Positions 28,843-38,761 of a stretch of 64,000 nt of DNA are shown in pieces (positions within the stretch are counted from its first letter, which is position 1; every line of letters begins with the position of its first letter). The DNA is taken from the NCBI GenBank assembly GCA_965267575.1, contig OZ254086.1, positions 160,001-224,000 on the forward strand, written 5' to 3'. The notes below the pieces were generated by a model. That model made no database searches and was not told the DNA's origin. It saw only the letters and a list, made by a program, of their open reading frames with translations. This DNA comes from Calditrichales bacterium. GTDB taxonomy: Bacteria > Calditrichota > Calditrichia > Calditrichales > J004. The position numbers and the translations under genes are program-made.

Positions 28843-30693
28843 ATGAAACTTCAGAAGGTCTTGGAAAATCTTAATTCGTTCGAAAAAAATTCGTTTTTAA
28901 AAATACTCGATATATTGATTGGGCAAAACCCGGCAAACATCAAGGAAATTGAAAGAATTCTTACGAATCAGGACAAGGATCTAAAAAATGTAGATAATAA
29001 CAATATTTCTGAAGTTTTTCGTTTGCTTGAAAAAGAGTTTGAAAAATATGTTCGCGACGAATTCATAGACACAGCAAGTCAGCTAGACATTTTAACAGAC
29101 ATTTTAATACGTGATGGTAACTGCATCATGAAGCATGAATGGTTTTCGAGACTCTATGAGATCGAACTGAAAAACCTAAGAGCAAAGCTTGGCCAATTAA
29201 AAAAGAACTTTGAATCTGAAAAATCAGAAATTGAAGATATTAGAAGAAGAGATTATGAGATTTATAAGGAATGTCTTAGAACCGCGTTTTTTAATGATGA
29301 AATGAATAATCAAGAATTTAAAATTACAAAAGACGAACTGTCTATTTTGCAGACTTTATCCAATAGCCTTGATTTAAGCCAGGAAGAAATAAAACTAATT
29401 AATTATTCTATTATTGAGCCCGAGCGTAAAGATACTGATCACCTGATAAACGACCTAAAAAATATTGGAGTTCTTTTTTATTCGAAAAAGCTAAATACCG
29501 TTTTCGTGCCAGATGAGGTGGTTAGGGTATTAAGAAGAATTCGAGGAAAAGATGTTGCAGATAAATTCTTCAGACGAGTTTTACGAAAACTAAAAGATTC
29601 TCAAATCAATTATATATGTCGTAAGCATTCCATTGATTGGAAGCAGGAAAAAGAAGAAAAAATAAAAGATATACTCAAACAAGGTCTATCTTTATCATCC
29701 ATTCTTGAAAACGATATCTATAAAAACGGAGCAAGTTTAACTGAACGAAAAAATTATATAAACAGCTTAATTGAAAAAGAGCTCAAAATCGAATTGGAAG
29801 CTAAAGGAGTAACTCTTGAAGAAAAGATCAATAATCTGGTAGAATACTTCAATGATTTAGATAAAGAAGATAAAATTGCGATTTCTCTCGATGGTTATGA
29901 AAAGTTGTTAATAGATATCAACAAAACGATTAGCGAGTCAAAAAAGATTTTACAATCTGAATTTGAGTTTCAAGAAAGCGATATTTTAAAAAGTGAATTT
30001 TTGCTGGACTTTAATATCAAACCAAGAGACGTACTTGAAGTAATCGGGGAAAATAATCTCAATAAATTTTGCGAAATACGGCAAATAAGCACTCGCGGTG
30101 ATATAGTAAACAACATACTTAGCTCATATAAAGATTTAGAAAATCTATACTTAGAAAATTATGTTAGCTTTAGTTATAGGGATTTAAAGGCTTTAAAAGA
30201 AAACGGAATTGACATCAAGGAAGCTGAGATATGTCTTAAGTTTGAATATCTTACAAAAAAGATTTTCGAAAAGCTGGGCTTTTTAGTAGATGAAAAACTG
30301 AGAAAAAAACTTAACACTAAAAAAGACAAAGTTGACATCGTAATTAACCTTGGCAATGATAATATTATCCTAATTGAGTGTAAGACAATAAAAGAAAGCG
30401 GTTTTAATAAATTCTCTTCCGTTTCACGACAATTAAAATCATATTTCGATTTGGCAAAGAAAAATCAACTGTCTGTTGTAAAATCTCTTTTGGTTGCTCC
30501 AGAATTTAGCGATGAGTTTGTAAATGAATGTGGCCTGGAATATGATCTGAATCTTTCACTAATAACTGCAGAGTCTTTACTTAATATATATCAGGCGTTT
30601 AAAGATACATCATTTAAGTCATTTCCATATAAGCTGTTAATGCGGGACGTCGTTATACAAGATGATAGAATAATAAAAGCTTTAAAAAAATAA
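28843..30693 (+). CDS. AT-rich hypothetical protein with C-terminal PD-(D/E)XK restriction-endonuclease-like domain
   Basis: FEYLTKKIFEKLGF..., KVDIVI...ILIECKT, RQLKSY, LLVAPEFS; strongly AT-biased codons; RBS AGGGAG. Confidence 0.75.
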   Translation: MKLQKVLENLNSFEKNSFLKILDILIGQNPANIKEIERILTNQDKDLKNVDNNNISEVFRLLEKEFEKYVRDEFIDTASQLDILTDILIRDGNCIMKHEWFSRLYEIELKNLRAKLGQLKKNFESEKSEIEDIRRRDYEIYKECLRTAFFNDEMNNQEFKITKDELSILQTLSNSLDLSQEEIKLINYSIIEPERKDTDHLINDLKNIGVLFYSKKLNTVFVPDEVVRVLRRIRGKDVADKFFRRVLRKLKDSQINYICRKHSIDWKQEKEEKIKDILKQGLSLSSILENDIYKNGASLTERKNYINSLIEKELKIELEAKGVTLEEKINNLVEYFNDLDKEDKIAISLDGYEKLLIDINKTISESKKILQSEFEFQESDILKSEFLLDFNIKPRDVLEVIGENNLNKFCEIRQISTRGDIVNNILSSYKDLENLYLENYVSFSYRDLKALKENGIDIKEAEICLKFEYLTKKIFEKLGFLVDEKLRKKLNTKKDKVDIVINLGNDNIILIECKTIKESGFNKFSSVSRQLKSYFDLAKKNQLSVVKSLLVAPEFSDEFVNECGLEYDLNLSLITAESLLNIYQAFKDTSFKSFPYKLLMRDVVIQDDRIIKALKK

Positions 30694-30715
30694 GTATTAC
30701 TCAGTGCAGTTTATT

Positions 30716-30747
30716 ACCAAAGCCGGTCCCTTGGGCCGGCTTTTTTT
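30716..30747 (+). repeat. 32-bp direct repeat copy 2 / intrinsic terminator
   Basis: Identical to 28743-28774. Confidence 0.95.
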
Positions 30748-30761
30748 GTGCGCGCAAATGG

Positions 30762-30936
30762 AAACCGATAAACCGGTTGGAGCCCCCGGTGGTGAGGTAG
30801 CATCTAAATCCCATGACTGAAGTCATAGGTTAAAAGACCCGGGCAAAACTATTACTTTATAAAACTAAATGTTAACCCACGACTTCAGTCGTGGGGCAGG
30901 TAGGCTGCACATTCCGGCCAACCGATTCATCGGTTT
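30762..30936. repeat. REP/REPIN-like nested inverted repeat element
   Basis: 30762-30780 is the reverse complement of 30918-30936 (2 mismatches); 30810-30833 is the reverse complement of 30872-30895 (3 mismatches); each unit is itself palindromic. Confidence 0.75.
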
Positions 30937-33767
30937 TATTGTGATGAACCGCCCAACTCCCGCTTCAAAAACTGCCCGGTAAACGAATGCTCTATCTCTG
31001 CCACCTGCTCCGGTGTGCCTTCAGCCACAATGGTGCCGCCGGCGTCGCCGCCCTCGGGACCAATATCGATGATCCAGTCGGCGGTTTTAATCACATCGAG
31101 GTTGTGTTCGATCACCACGACCGTATTGCCCTTTTCCACCAGGCTGTTTAAAACATTCAGAAGCATGCGGATATCTTCAAAATGCAGGCCTGTGGTGGGT
31201 TCGTCCAAAATGTAAAAAGTATTGCCGGTACCGACTTTGGAAAGTTCCGTGGCCAGTTTCACGCGCTGCGCCTCACCGCCGGAAAGCGTGGTGGCAGCCT
31301 GCCCCAAATGGATATAGCCCAGCCCCACGTCGGACAGGGTTTGCAGGCGCCGCTGCACTGTGGGAATGTTGGACATAAACTCCAGCGCCTGGTCCACGGT
31401 CATATCCAGCACCTCTGCAATCGACTTGCTCTTGTATTTGATCTCCAGAGTCTCGCGGTTGTAGCGCGTGCCCTTACAGACCTCGCATTGCACGTAGACA
31501 TCGGGCAAAAAGTGCATCTCGATCTTTTTGAGACCGTCGCCCTCGCAGGCCTCGCAGCGGCCGCCCTTGACGTTAAAACTAAAGCGTCCCGGTTTGTAGC
31601 CGCGTATCTTGGCTTCCGGCAGTTGGCTGAACAGGTCGCGGATGGGCGTAAACAGGCCGGTGTAGGTGGCCGGATTGGAACGCGGCGTGCGCCCGATCGG
31701 CGACTGGTCCAGGTCGATCACTTTATCCAGGTGATTCAGGCCTTTGATGTCGCCGTGCTTCAGCGGGTTTTTCTTGCTACCGTAAAAGTGTCGCGCCAGC
31801 GCGGCAAACAGTGTTTCGTTTACAAGCGAGCTTTTACCGGAGCCGGAGACACCGGTGACGCAGATAAATTTTCCCAGCGGGAAGCGGCCCGTTACACCTT
31901 TCAGATTGTTACCTTCCGCTTTAACAATTTCCAGGAATTTGCCGTTGCCCGGGCGTCGCGTTTTCGGAACGGGGATATGCGCTTTTCCGGCCAGGTAATG
32001 CCCGGTGAGGCTTTTGGCGCTGCGTGCCACCTGCTTCGGCGTTCCTGCCACCACCACTTCGCCACCGTGACGTCCGGCGCGTGGCCCCAGGTCGACGATA
32101 AAATCGGCGGCTTCCATGGTTTCCTTGTCATGCTCCACCACCAGCACCGTGTTTCCCAGGTCGCGTAGCTTTTTCAATGTGCGGATCAGCTTGGCGTTGT
32201 CGCGCTGGTGTAAACCGATGCTGGGCTCATCCAGGATGTAAAGCACTCCCACGAGCTGTGCCCCGATCTGCGTGGCCAGCCGGATGCGCTGGGCCTCTCC
32301 CCCGGACAAAGTGCCTGCCGCGCGGTTCAGCGTCAGGTATTCCAGACCCACGTTGACCAGGAACTCAAGACGTTCGCGCACCTCTTTTAAAATCTGGTGG
32401 GCGATCTTTTTTTGCTGAGCCGTCAGTTTAAGCTCTTTAAAAAAGCGCATGCTTTGGCCAATTGACAGCGAGGTCAGTTCATCGATGTTTTGGCCGCTGA
32501 GGGTTACGGCCAGGGCCTCCGGCTTAAGGCGGGCGCCTTTACATTCGTGGCAGGGGATATTATTCATGAAGCTTTCAATCCAGCGCCGCACATGCATTGA
32601 CGAGGTCTGCTTGTAGCGCCTCTCCAGGTTGGGGATGATGCCTTCATAGGTGCTTTCCCATTCCACGTAGCCGTTCTTGCGTTTGTAGATGAATTTAACT
32701 TTTTCATCCACGCCGTACATGATCATGTGGCGCGCGTTTTCAGGCAGCTTTTTCCAGGATTTGTCCATGGCAAAGTTGTATTGCCGGGCCAGGTTCTGAA
32801 TCATCTCATACTGCCAGCCCTCGTTACGGGCATTTAGCACTTTGATTGCACCCTGCCGAATGGAAAGATTGTCATCAGGCACGATCAGCCTCGGGTCGAT
32901 TTGCGTCAATACGCCCAGGCCGTCGCACTGCGGGCAGGCGCCAAACGGGCTGTTAAATGAAAACAATCGCGGCGCCGGCTCATCATAGGATTTGCCCGTG
33001 GCCGGATCGTAATAGTGCTCACTGAACATGACGTCCTCACCGCCGTCCACCTTGTTGATAAACAAAATGCCCTCGGCCTGTTTCAGCGCCAGCTCCACCG
33101 ATTCGGTCAAACGCTTCTGGATTGACGGATCGATCACCAGACGGTCGATGACAAGATCGACGTCATGCTTTTTCTTTTTGTCCAGCTCGATCTCTTCATC
33201 CAACATGCGCATTTCACCATCCACACGCACACGTACAAAGCCGTCACGCCGGAACTGGTTAAATAACTCCTTGTATTCACCCTTGCGTCCGCTCACCACT
33301 GGTGCCAGCACCTGGATGCGCGTCTTTTCCGGCCATTTCAGGATTGTATCCACGATTTGCTGGACGGTCTGCTTTTGCAGCGGTTTGCCGGTTACAGGGG
33401 AATGCAGCTGCCCGATGCGGGCAAAAAGCAGGCGGTAATAGTCATAAATTTCCGTAACCGTGCCAACTGTGGAGCGCGGGTTGCGGCTTGTCGATTTCTG
33501 CTCGATTGAAACAGCGGGTGACAGCCCGTCAATATAATCCACATCGGGCTTTTCCATAAGGCCCAGAAACTGCCGGGCATACGCGGAAAGTGATTCCACA
33601 TAGCGTCTTTGCCCTTCGGCGTAGATTGTATCAAAGGCAAGGCTCGACTTACCCGACCCTGACAATCCGGTGATCACCACCAGCCTGTCGCGGGGAATTT
33701 CCACATCAATATTGCGCAGATTGTGCTCGCGCGCGCCCTTTACAAGGATCGTATTTTTCCTGGCCAT
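30936..33767 (-). CDS. uvrA: excinuclease ABC subunit A
   Basis: [30 protein letters not shown], two LSGGEAQR signatures, Zn fingers. Confidence 0.98.
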   Translation of the reverse strand: MARKNTILVKGAREHNLRNIDVEIPRDRLVVITGLSGSGKSSLAFDTIYAEGQRRYVESLSAYARQFLGLMEKPDVDYIDGLSPAVSIEQKSTSRNPRSTVGTVTEIYDYYRLLFARIGQLHSPVTGKPLQKQTVQQIVDTILKWPEKTRIQVLAPVVSGRKGEYKELFNQFRRDGFVRVRVDGEMRMLDEEIELDKKKKHDVDLVIDRLVIDPSIQKRLTESVELALKQAEGILFINKVDGGEDVMFSEHYYDPATGKSYDEPAPRLFSFNSPFGACPQCDGLGVLTQIDPRLIVPDDNLSIRQGAIKVLNARNEGWQYEMIQNLARQYNFAMDKSWKKLPENARHMIMYGVDEKVKFIYKRKNGYVEWESTYEGIIPNLERRYKQTSSMHVRRWIESFMNNIPCHECKGARLKPEALAVTLSGQNIDELTSLSIGQSMRFFKELKLTAQQKKIAHQILKEVRERLEFLVNVGLEYLTLNRAAGTLSGGEAQRIRLATQIGAQLVGVLYILDEPSIGLHQRDNAKLIRTLKKLRDLGNTVLVVEHDKETMEAADFIVDLGPRAGRHGGEVVVAGTPKQVARSAKSLTGHYLAGKAHIPVPKTRRPGNGKFLEIVKAEGNNLKGVTGRFPLGKFICVTGVSGSGKSSLVNETLFAALARHFYGSKKNPLKHGDIKGLNHLDKVIDLDQSPIGRTPRSNPATYTGLFTPIRDLFSQLPEAKIRGYKPGRFSFNVKGGRCEACEGDGLKKIEMHFLPDVYVQCEVCKGTRYNRETLEIKYKSKSIAEVLDMTVDQALEFMSNIPTVQRRLQTLSDVGLGYIHLGQAATTLSGGEAQRVKLATELSKVGTGNTFYILDEPTTGLHFEDIRMLLNVLNSLVEKGNTVVVIEHNLDVIKTADWIIDIGPEGGDAGGTIVAEGTPEQVAEIEHSFTGQFLKRELGGSSQ

Positions 33768-34061
33768 TACTCACTCATATCACAAAAATATTGTCCGGAT
33801 TTTAGACATTCAGGATTACTTCCGCCCCTCAATGTCGTTACTTAGTCACTCAAAGCGATGATTTTTTGCTTAAAAACAGTAGACCGGTAATATACGTTTT
33901 TCCCCGCTGCTCTTCCACACGCAACAGCGCGCGGAAGGCTTAAAATTGAGAAAAGGCCTTTTAATGCGCCTTATCACACTGCCATGCACGGGGCATCTTT
34001 TATATTGCCGAACCAACGATCAACCTGTTTTTAAGGAAAGCTCACAACACAAGGAGTAGAC

Positions 34062-36266
34062 ATGCGCAAAAGTGTACAACTTTTCGTCATTCATTTTCTG
34101 TTTTTCGGCATTGCCTTTTCTGCCGACCTGCCATCGAAGCGCATCAGCCAGGTAAACGGCGGCGATTTCGTCGGCTGGAAAAATAATGAGATCGTCGTCA
34201 AGTTTGATCTCAACTTGCTGGAGGAGATTGATATTCCACGCGCTCAGAACGAAGGACGTACAGGCGTCAGCCGTATTGATTCGTTTGCCGTTGAGCGTGG
34301 TATCAGCAAACTGAAACAACGCTACCCCAATGCCCCGCTGGAAGATATTTATGGCGAAGTCATGAACCTGCGCGGTTGGTTTAAAGCCCGTTTCAAGGAT
34401 TCCGTCAACGCGGAATTGGTGGCCCGTGATTTTAAAAAGATTGCCGGCGTTGTAGACGCACAGCCCATTGGCATCCACGAACTGAGCGTGGTTCATCCCA
34501 ATGACCCGCGGTATACCGGCGGAGATATGTGGTATATGGATCAGCTCAACGACAGTGACGTGGACGCGCCTGAAGCATGGGATTTTACGCGCGGCACCAG
34601 CGACATCATTGTAGCCCCGATGGATAGCGGCGTACGCTACTATCATAAAGATCTGGGCGGTGCCAACGCCTCTTCCAGCAACCCGGAAAACGCCCGTGGC
34701 AACATGTGGATCAATGAAACCGAGCTTAACGGTACAAATGGCGTGGATGATGACGGCAACGGCTACATTGATGACTGGGTTGGCTGGGATTTTGTAACGG
34801 GTAACCCGCAAAGTTTTGATGTAGGCGATGATTATGATGTGGAAGATAACGACCCGCGTGATCACAATGGCCACGGTACGCACACAGCCGGTACAGTAGG
34901 CGCCATTAGCAATAATGGCTATGGCGTGCCTTCCATGGCCGGCGGCAATGGTGAAAGCGGAGGTGTTGGCAACGGCGTAAAGGTAATGGGTTTAAGGATT
35001 GGCTGGAATGACATTTTTGATCTTGGTTTCGTGGGTATGGACTATGCAGCCAATGCTTTAATTTATGCTGCTGACAATGGCGCGCACATCGCCTCCTGTA
35101 GCTGGGGCTCTTCAAATTCCGGCGGGCTGGAAGACGCGCTCAATTATTTTCTTTACGGTACAACGACACCAACCGGCAGCGATCCGCAATTGCGCCTGGT
35201 ATTTAAAGCAGCCGGTAACGCCGATGACGAAGGCAGTGACTTTATGCTGGACCGTTCTGACGTCATCGGTGTTGCCGCTACGGACAGTAACGATGTTAAA
35301 GCTGATTTTTCCACATACGGCACCTTTGTTGATATATCCGCTCCCGGTACCCAGATATGGAGCACGTATCACAACAACAGTGATCCGGGTCCGGATTATG
35401 TGGCCGCACTGGACGGAACATCTATGGCCACGCCGCTGGTTGCTTCCATTGCCGCAATGGTGTGGGCGCACAACCAGGCGCTGACAGCCGATGAAGTCGA
35501 ATCCATCTTGCTAAGCACCGCAGATGATATCGAAGGCATATCAGGCAACTCTGCCTATATCGGCAAGCTTGGTTCCGGCCGTGTTAATGCCTATGCCGCT
35601 ATCCAGCAGGCCGATGCCGCGCTTCCGGTAAGTCTCTCCTCCTTCGCCGTAAGGATGCACCTGGGTAATGTTAAGCTTAGCTGGTCTACGGCCAGCGAGG
35701 TTAACAACAGCGGTTTTGCCATCAAGCGCAGCACTTCCGAGAATGGCGAGTATGAGCTGCTTGCCGACTTTACGCAGGACAACAAACTGCGCGGCCAGGG
35801 CAATTCATCCTCCGGCAAAAGCTACAGCTACACCGATTTCAGCGTGCAGGAAGGTCAGGATTACTGGTACCTGCTGGAAGATATCGACTTTAACGGAAGA
35901 CGCACGCAGCACGGGCCTTTGCATATCTTTGTTTCCGGTTCAGCGGACCTAACCAAGACCGACGGGCTGATTCCCAGGGAATACGCTTTGGGTGAAAACT
36001 ACCCCAACCCGTTTAACCCAACCACGCGTTTTGCGCTGGATATTCCGGCACTGAAAGACGGTAACACGCAGATTACCGTCCACGTGTATGATCTGCTGGG
36101 CAAGCGTGTCCGCACCTTGTACGACGGCACGATCGCACCGGGTAATTACACATTCGAGTGGGATGGCCGCAATGAATCGGGCCGGGTTCTGCCCAGCGGC
36201 ATGTATATTTACCGTGTCAGCACCGAGCAATTTTCGCAGGCCCGCAAAATGGTCTTGATGAAATAG
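34062..36266 (+). CDS. secreted S8 (subtilisin) serine peptidase with C-terminal YPNPFNP/FlgD-Ig-like domain
   Basis: Signal peptide; triad MDSG, HGTH, GTSMATP; DDDGNGYIDD; LPVSLSSF; NYPNPFNP...KMVLMK. Confidence 0.92.
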   Translation: MRKSVQLFVIHFLFFGIAFSADLPSKRISQVNGGDFVGWKNNEIVVKFDLNLLEEIDIPRAQNEGRTGVSRIDSFAVERGISKLKQRYPNAPLEDIYGEVMNLRGWFKARFKDSVNAELVARDFKKIAGVVDAQPIGIHELSVVHPNDPRYTGGDMWYMDQLNDSDVDAPEAWDFTRGTSDIIVAPMDSGVRYYHKDLGGANASSSNPENARGNMWINETELNGTNGVDDDGNGYIDDWVGWDFVTGNPQSFDVGDDYDVEDNDPRDHNGHGTHTAGTVGAISNNGYGVPSMAGGNGESGGVGNGVKVMGLRIGWNDIFDLGFVGMDYAANALIYAADNGAHIASCSWGSSNSGGLEDALNYFLYGTTTPTGSDPQLRLVFKAAGNADDEGSDFMLDRSDVIGVAATDSNDVKADFSTYGTFVDISAPGTQIWSTYHNNSDPGPDYVAALDGTSMATPLVASIAAMVWAHNQALTADEVESILLSTADDIEGISGNSAYIGKLGSGRVNAYAAIQQADAALPVSLSSFAVRMHLGNVKLSWSTASEVNNSGFAIKRSTSENGEYELLADFTQDNKLRGQGNSSSGKSYSYTDFSVQEGQDYWYLLEDIDFNGRRTQHGPLHIFVSGSADLTKTDGLIPREYALGENYPNPFNPTTRFALDIPALKDGNTQITVHVYDLLGKRVRTLYDGTIAPGNYTFEWDGRNESGRVLPSGMYIYRVSTEQFSQARKMVLMK

Positions 36267-36285
36267 GAAAAGCAAGCTGCTGTTT

Positions 36286-36316
36286 ATGCCCTGTCCACTA
36301 CGGACGGGGCATTTTT
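36286..36316 (+). terminator. intrinsic terminator between the two peptidase genes
   Basis: ATGCCCTGTCC-ACTAC-GGACGGGGCAT followed by TTTT. Confidence 0.7.
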
Positions 36317-36350
36317 GATTTAAACCGACAACCAACCAGAAGAGGCTCTA

Positions 36351-38654
36351 ATGCGAACAGTGTATGTTTTCCTGCTGGCTGCGCTGTTTTGTAGTTCCGG
36401 CTACAGCCAAACTTATACCAACACGGATCGTCTACAGCAACTGGAAGAGCTTTTCCGCCAGCGTTATGAGCAACAAAAGGAAAAGGCTATTCAGTGGGCC
36501 ATCGACAATAATTTCCCGATCCGCCGGGTCTACGATGACGGGACGATCATCGAAATCCAGCGCATAACTCCCAATGGCAAACCGATTTATTACAGCACCG
36601 AAAACGTTGATGCCGCGGGCACAATCTCCAGCGACGATGTCTGGAGCGGTGGTTCGGCCGGACTTAATCTCACCGGCAGCGGACAAACATTAGGCGAATG
36701 GGATGGCGGTCAAATCCGCTATACACACCAGGACCTGACCGGACGCGTGACCTGGGAGGACAGCGCCAGTCCCTCCAGCAGTCAGCATAGTACGCATGTG
36801 GCCGGCACGATGATCGGCAGCGGTGTAAACAGCAATGCCCAGGGCATGGCCGAAGGCGCAAACCTGCGCGCCTGGGATTACAATAATGATACGGCGGAGA
36901 TGTCCGGAGCCGCGGCAAGCTTATATGTTTCCAATCACTCGTATGGCATTATTTGTGGTTGGGACAGTTTTGGTATCAATTGGTACGGTGATGATTCGAT
37001 TGATCCAAACGAAGATTGGAAATTCGGCTACTACACATCCAGCGAAAGTCAGGCTTATGATGACATCGCCTATAACGCACCCTATTACCTGATCTGTGCC
37101 AGCGCTGGTAACGATCGCGGCAACTCACCGCTCTTTGGTGGTCCGCCGCCCGCAGATGCCGCCAATGACGGTGGATACGATACAGTCGGACCGGCCAAAT
37201 GCGCCAAAAATATTCTTACCGTGGGCGCGGTGGAAGATATTCCGGCCGGCTGGACACAAGCCAGCGATGTGGTAATGAGCAGCTTCAGCAGCTGGGGGCC
37301 TACTGATGACGGACGCATCAAACCGGATGTTGTTGGCAACGGGGTCAGCCTTTTCTCCTGCGACGATGACAGTGACGCGGATTATGCAACGTTAAGCGGC
37401 ACCAGCATGGCCACACCAAGCATCAGCGGTTCGATTGCTTTACTGCATCAGCACTATAATACCCTCAGCAGTGGTTCAATGATGCGCGCGGCAACCGTAA
37501 AAGCGCTGCTGATCCATACCGCGGATGAGGCCGGTAGCAATCCAGGCCCGGATTACCGTTTTGGCTGGGGCCTGGTTAATATCAGGAAAGCTGCCGAACT
37601 GCTTTCCGATGTATTCGTGAGCCAGGATGAACATACCCTGCAGGAACGCACCCTGACCAATGGCGGCTCCTACAGCTTCCAGGTTACTTCAGACGGCACG
37701 CAACCGCTGCGCGTAACGATTGTCTGGACCGACGTCCCGGGCACGCCGGTCGAGCCTGTCACGCAAATCGATCCGCCCGACCTGATGCTTGTAAACGATC
37801 TTGACCTGCGCGTGACCGGCAACAGCACCACCTATTATCCCTGGACACTCGATCCGGCCAACGTGGCAAACGCCGCCCTGCGCAGCACCGACAACTTCCG
37901 AGACAACGTGGAACAGGTGCTGATCGACAATCCGGGTTCAGGCACCTATACCATCACCGTGAATCATAAAGGCACACTAACCAATGGTCCACAGGCTTTT
38001 TCTTTGCTGATGAGCGGCGCCTATTATTCGGACAACTCGCTGCCCGTCCAACTCAGCAGCTTTAGCGCATTGCAGCAGGCGGACCGCGTGAAGCTGTACT
38101 GGGTCAGTGAAAGCGAGGAAAACAATCTGGGTTATGAAATATATAAGGCCGCCTCTGAAGGGCCGTGGCAGCTTCTGGCCGATTACCGCACACATGATCA
38201 GCTGGAAGGCGCCGGCAATACATCGGCTAAAAGCGAATACAGCTTTGAAGATACCGACGTTTTACCCGGGGAAAGCTACCGCTACCGCCTGGCAGATGTC
38301 GATTACAGCGGAACGCGCACATTTCATCCGGCGGTTTCGGTCTTTATCGATCCTGCTAAATACGAAGGACAAAAAGCAACGGGTATCGCTGAAGGGTTCA
38401 TGCTCTATCCCAACTATCCCAACCCCTTCAATCCGCAAACAAAGATTGCGTTTCAGCTGCCGCAAGCCACACAGGTTAGTCTGTCAATCTATGATGAGGC
38501 AGGCCGCCTTGTGGCAAACCTGATTGATGAAGAAATGGCGGAAGGATCGTATTCTGTATCGTGGAACGCTGCCAACATGCCGTCAGGTATCTATTTTTAC
38601 CGTCTCAGCACCCCGGCATGGACGCAAAGCAGGAAAATGCTGCTCATCAAGTAA
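36351..38654 (+). CDS. secreted S8 serine peptidase with C-terminal YPNPFNP domain
   Basis: WDGG, HSTHVAGT, SSWGPTDDGRIKPD, GTSMATP, LVNDLDL, LPVQLSSF, NYPNPFNP...KMLLIK. Confidence 0.92.
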   Translation: MRTVYVFLLAALFCSSGYSQTYTNTDRLQQLEELFRQRYEQQKEKAIQWAIDNNFPIRRVYDDGTIIEIQRITPNGKPIYYSTENVDAAGTISSDDVWSGGSAGLNLTGSGQTLGEWDGGQIRYTHQDLTGRVTWEDSASPSSSQHSTHVAGTMIGSGVNSNAQGMAEGANLRAWDYNNDTAEMSGAAASLYVSNHSYGIICGWDSFGINWYGDDSIDPNEDWKFGYYTSSESQAYDDIAYNAPYYLICASAGNDRGNSPLFGGPPPADAANDGGYDTVGPAKCAKNILTVGAVEDIPAGWTQASDVVMSSFSSWGPTDDGRIKPDVVGNGVSLFSCDDDSDADYATLSGTSMATPSISGSIALLHQHYNTLSSGSMMRAATVKALLIHTADEAGSNPGPDYRFGWGLVNIRKAAELLSDVFVSQDEHTLQERTLTNGGSYSFQVTSDGTQPLRVTIVWTDVPGTPVEPVTQIDPPDLMLVNDLDLRVTGNSTTYYPWTLDPANVANAALRSTDNFRDNVEQVLIDNPGSGTYTITVNHKGTLTNGPQAFSLLMSGAYYSDNSLPVQLSSFSALQQADRVKLYWVSESEENNLGYEIYKAASEGPWQLLADYRTHDQLEGAGNTSAKSEYSFEDTDVLPGESYRYRLADVDYSGTRTFHPAVSVFIDPAKYEGQKATGIAEGFMLYPNYPNPFNPQTKIAFQLPQATQVSLSIYDEAGRLVANLIDEEMAEGSYSVSWNAANMPSGIYFYRLSTPAWTQSRKMLLIK

Positions 38655-38704
38655 ATCCGTAATCGACACGATTTTTATCCATTGAAGATTGTGCAGTTTG
38701 GCAT

Positions 38705-38737
38705 AAAAAAAGGGAAGACCGCATGGCCTTCCCTTTT
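38705..38737. terminator. bidirectional intrinsic terminator
   Basis: AAAAAAAGGGAAGACC-GCAT-GGCCTTCCCTTTT between convergent genes. Confidence 0.8.
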
Positions 38738-38761
38738 CTTTTTCTGCGCATCCCTGCAAAC

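Noticed and set aside
28743-30747. CRISPR array interpretation of the 32-bp palindromic repeat
   Set aside because: Only two copies, 1.9 kb apart, ending in a T-run, and no cas genes.
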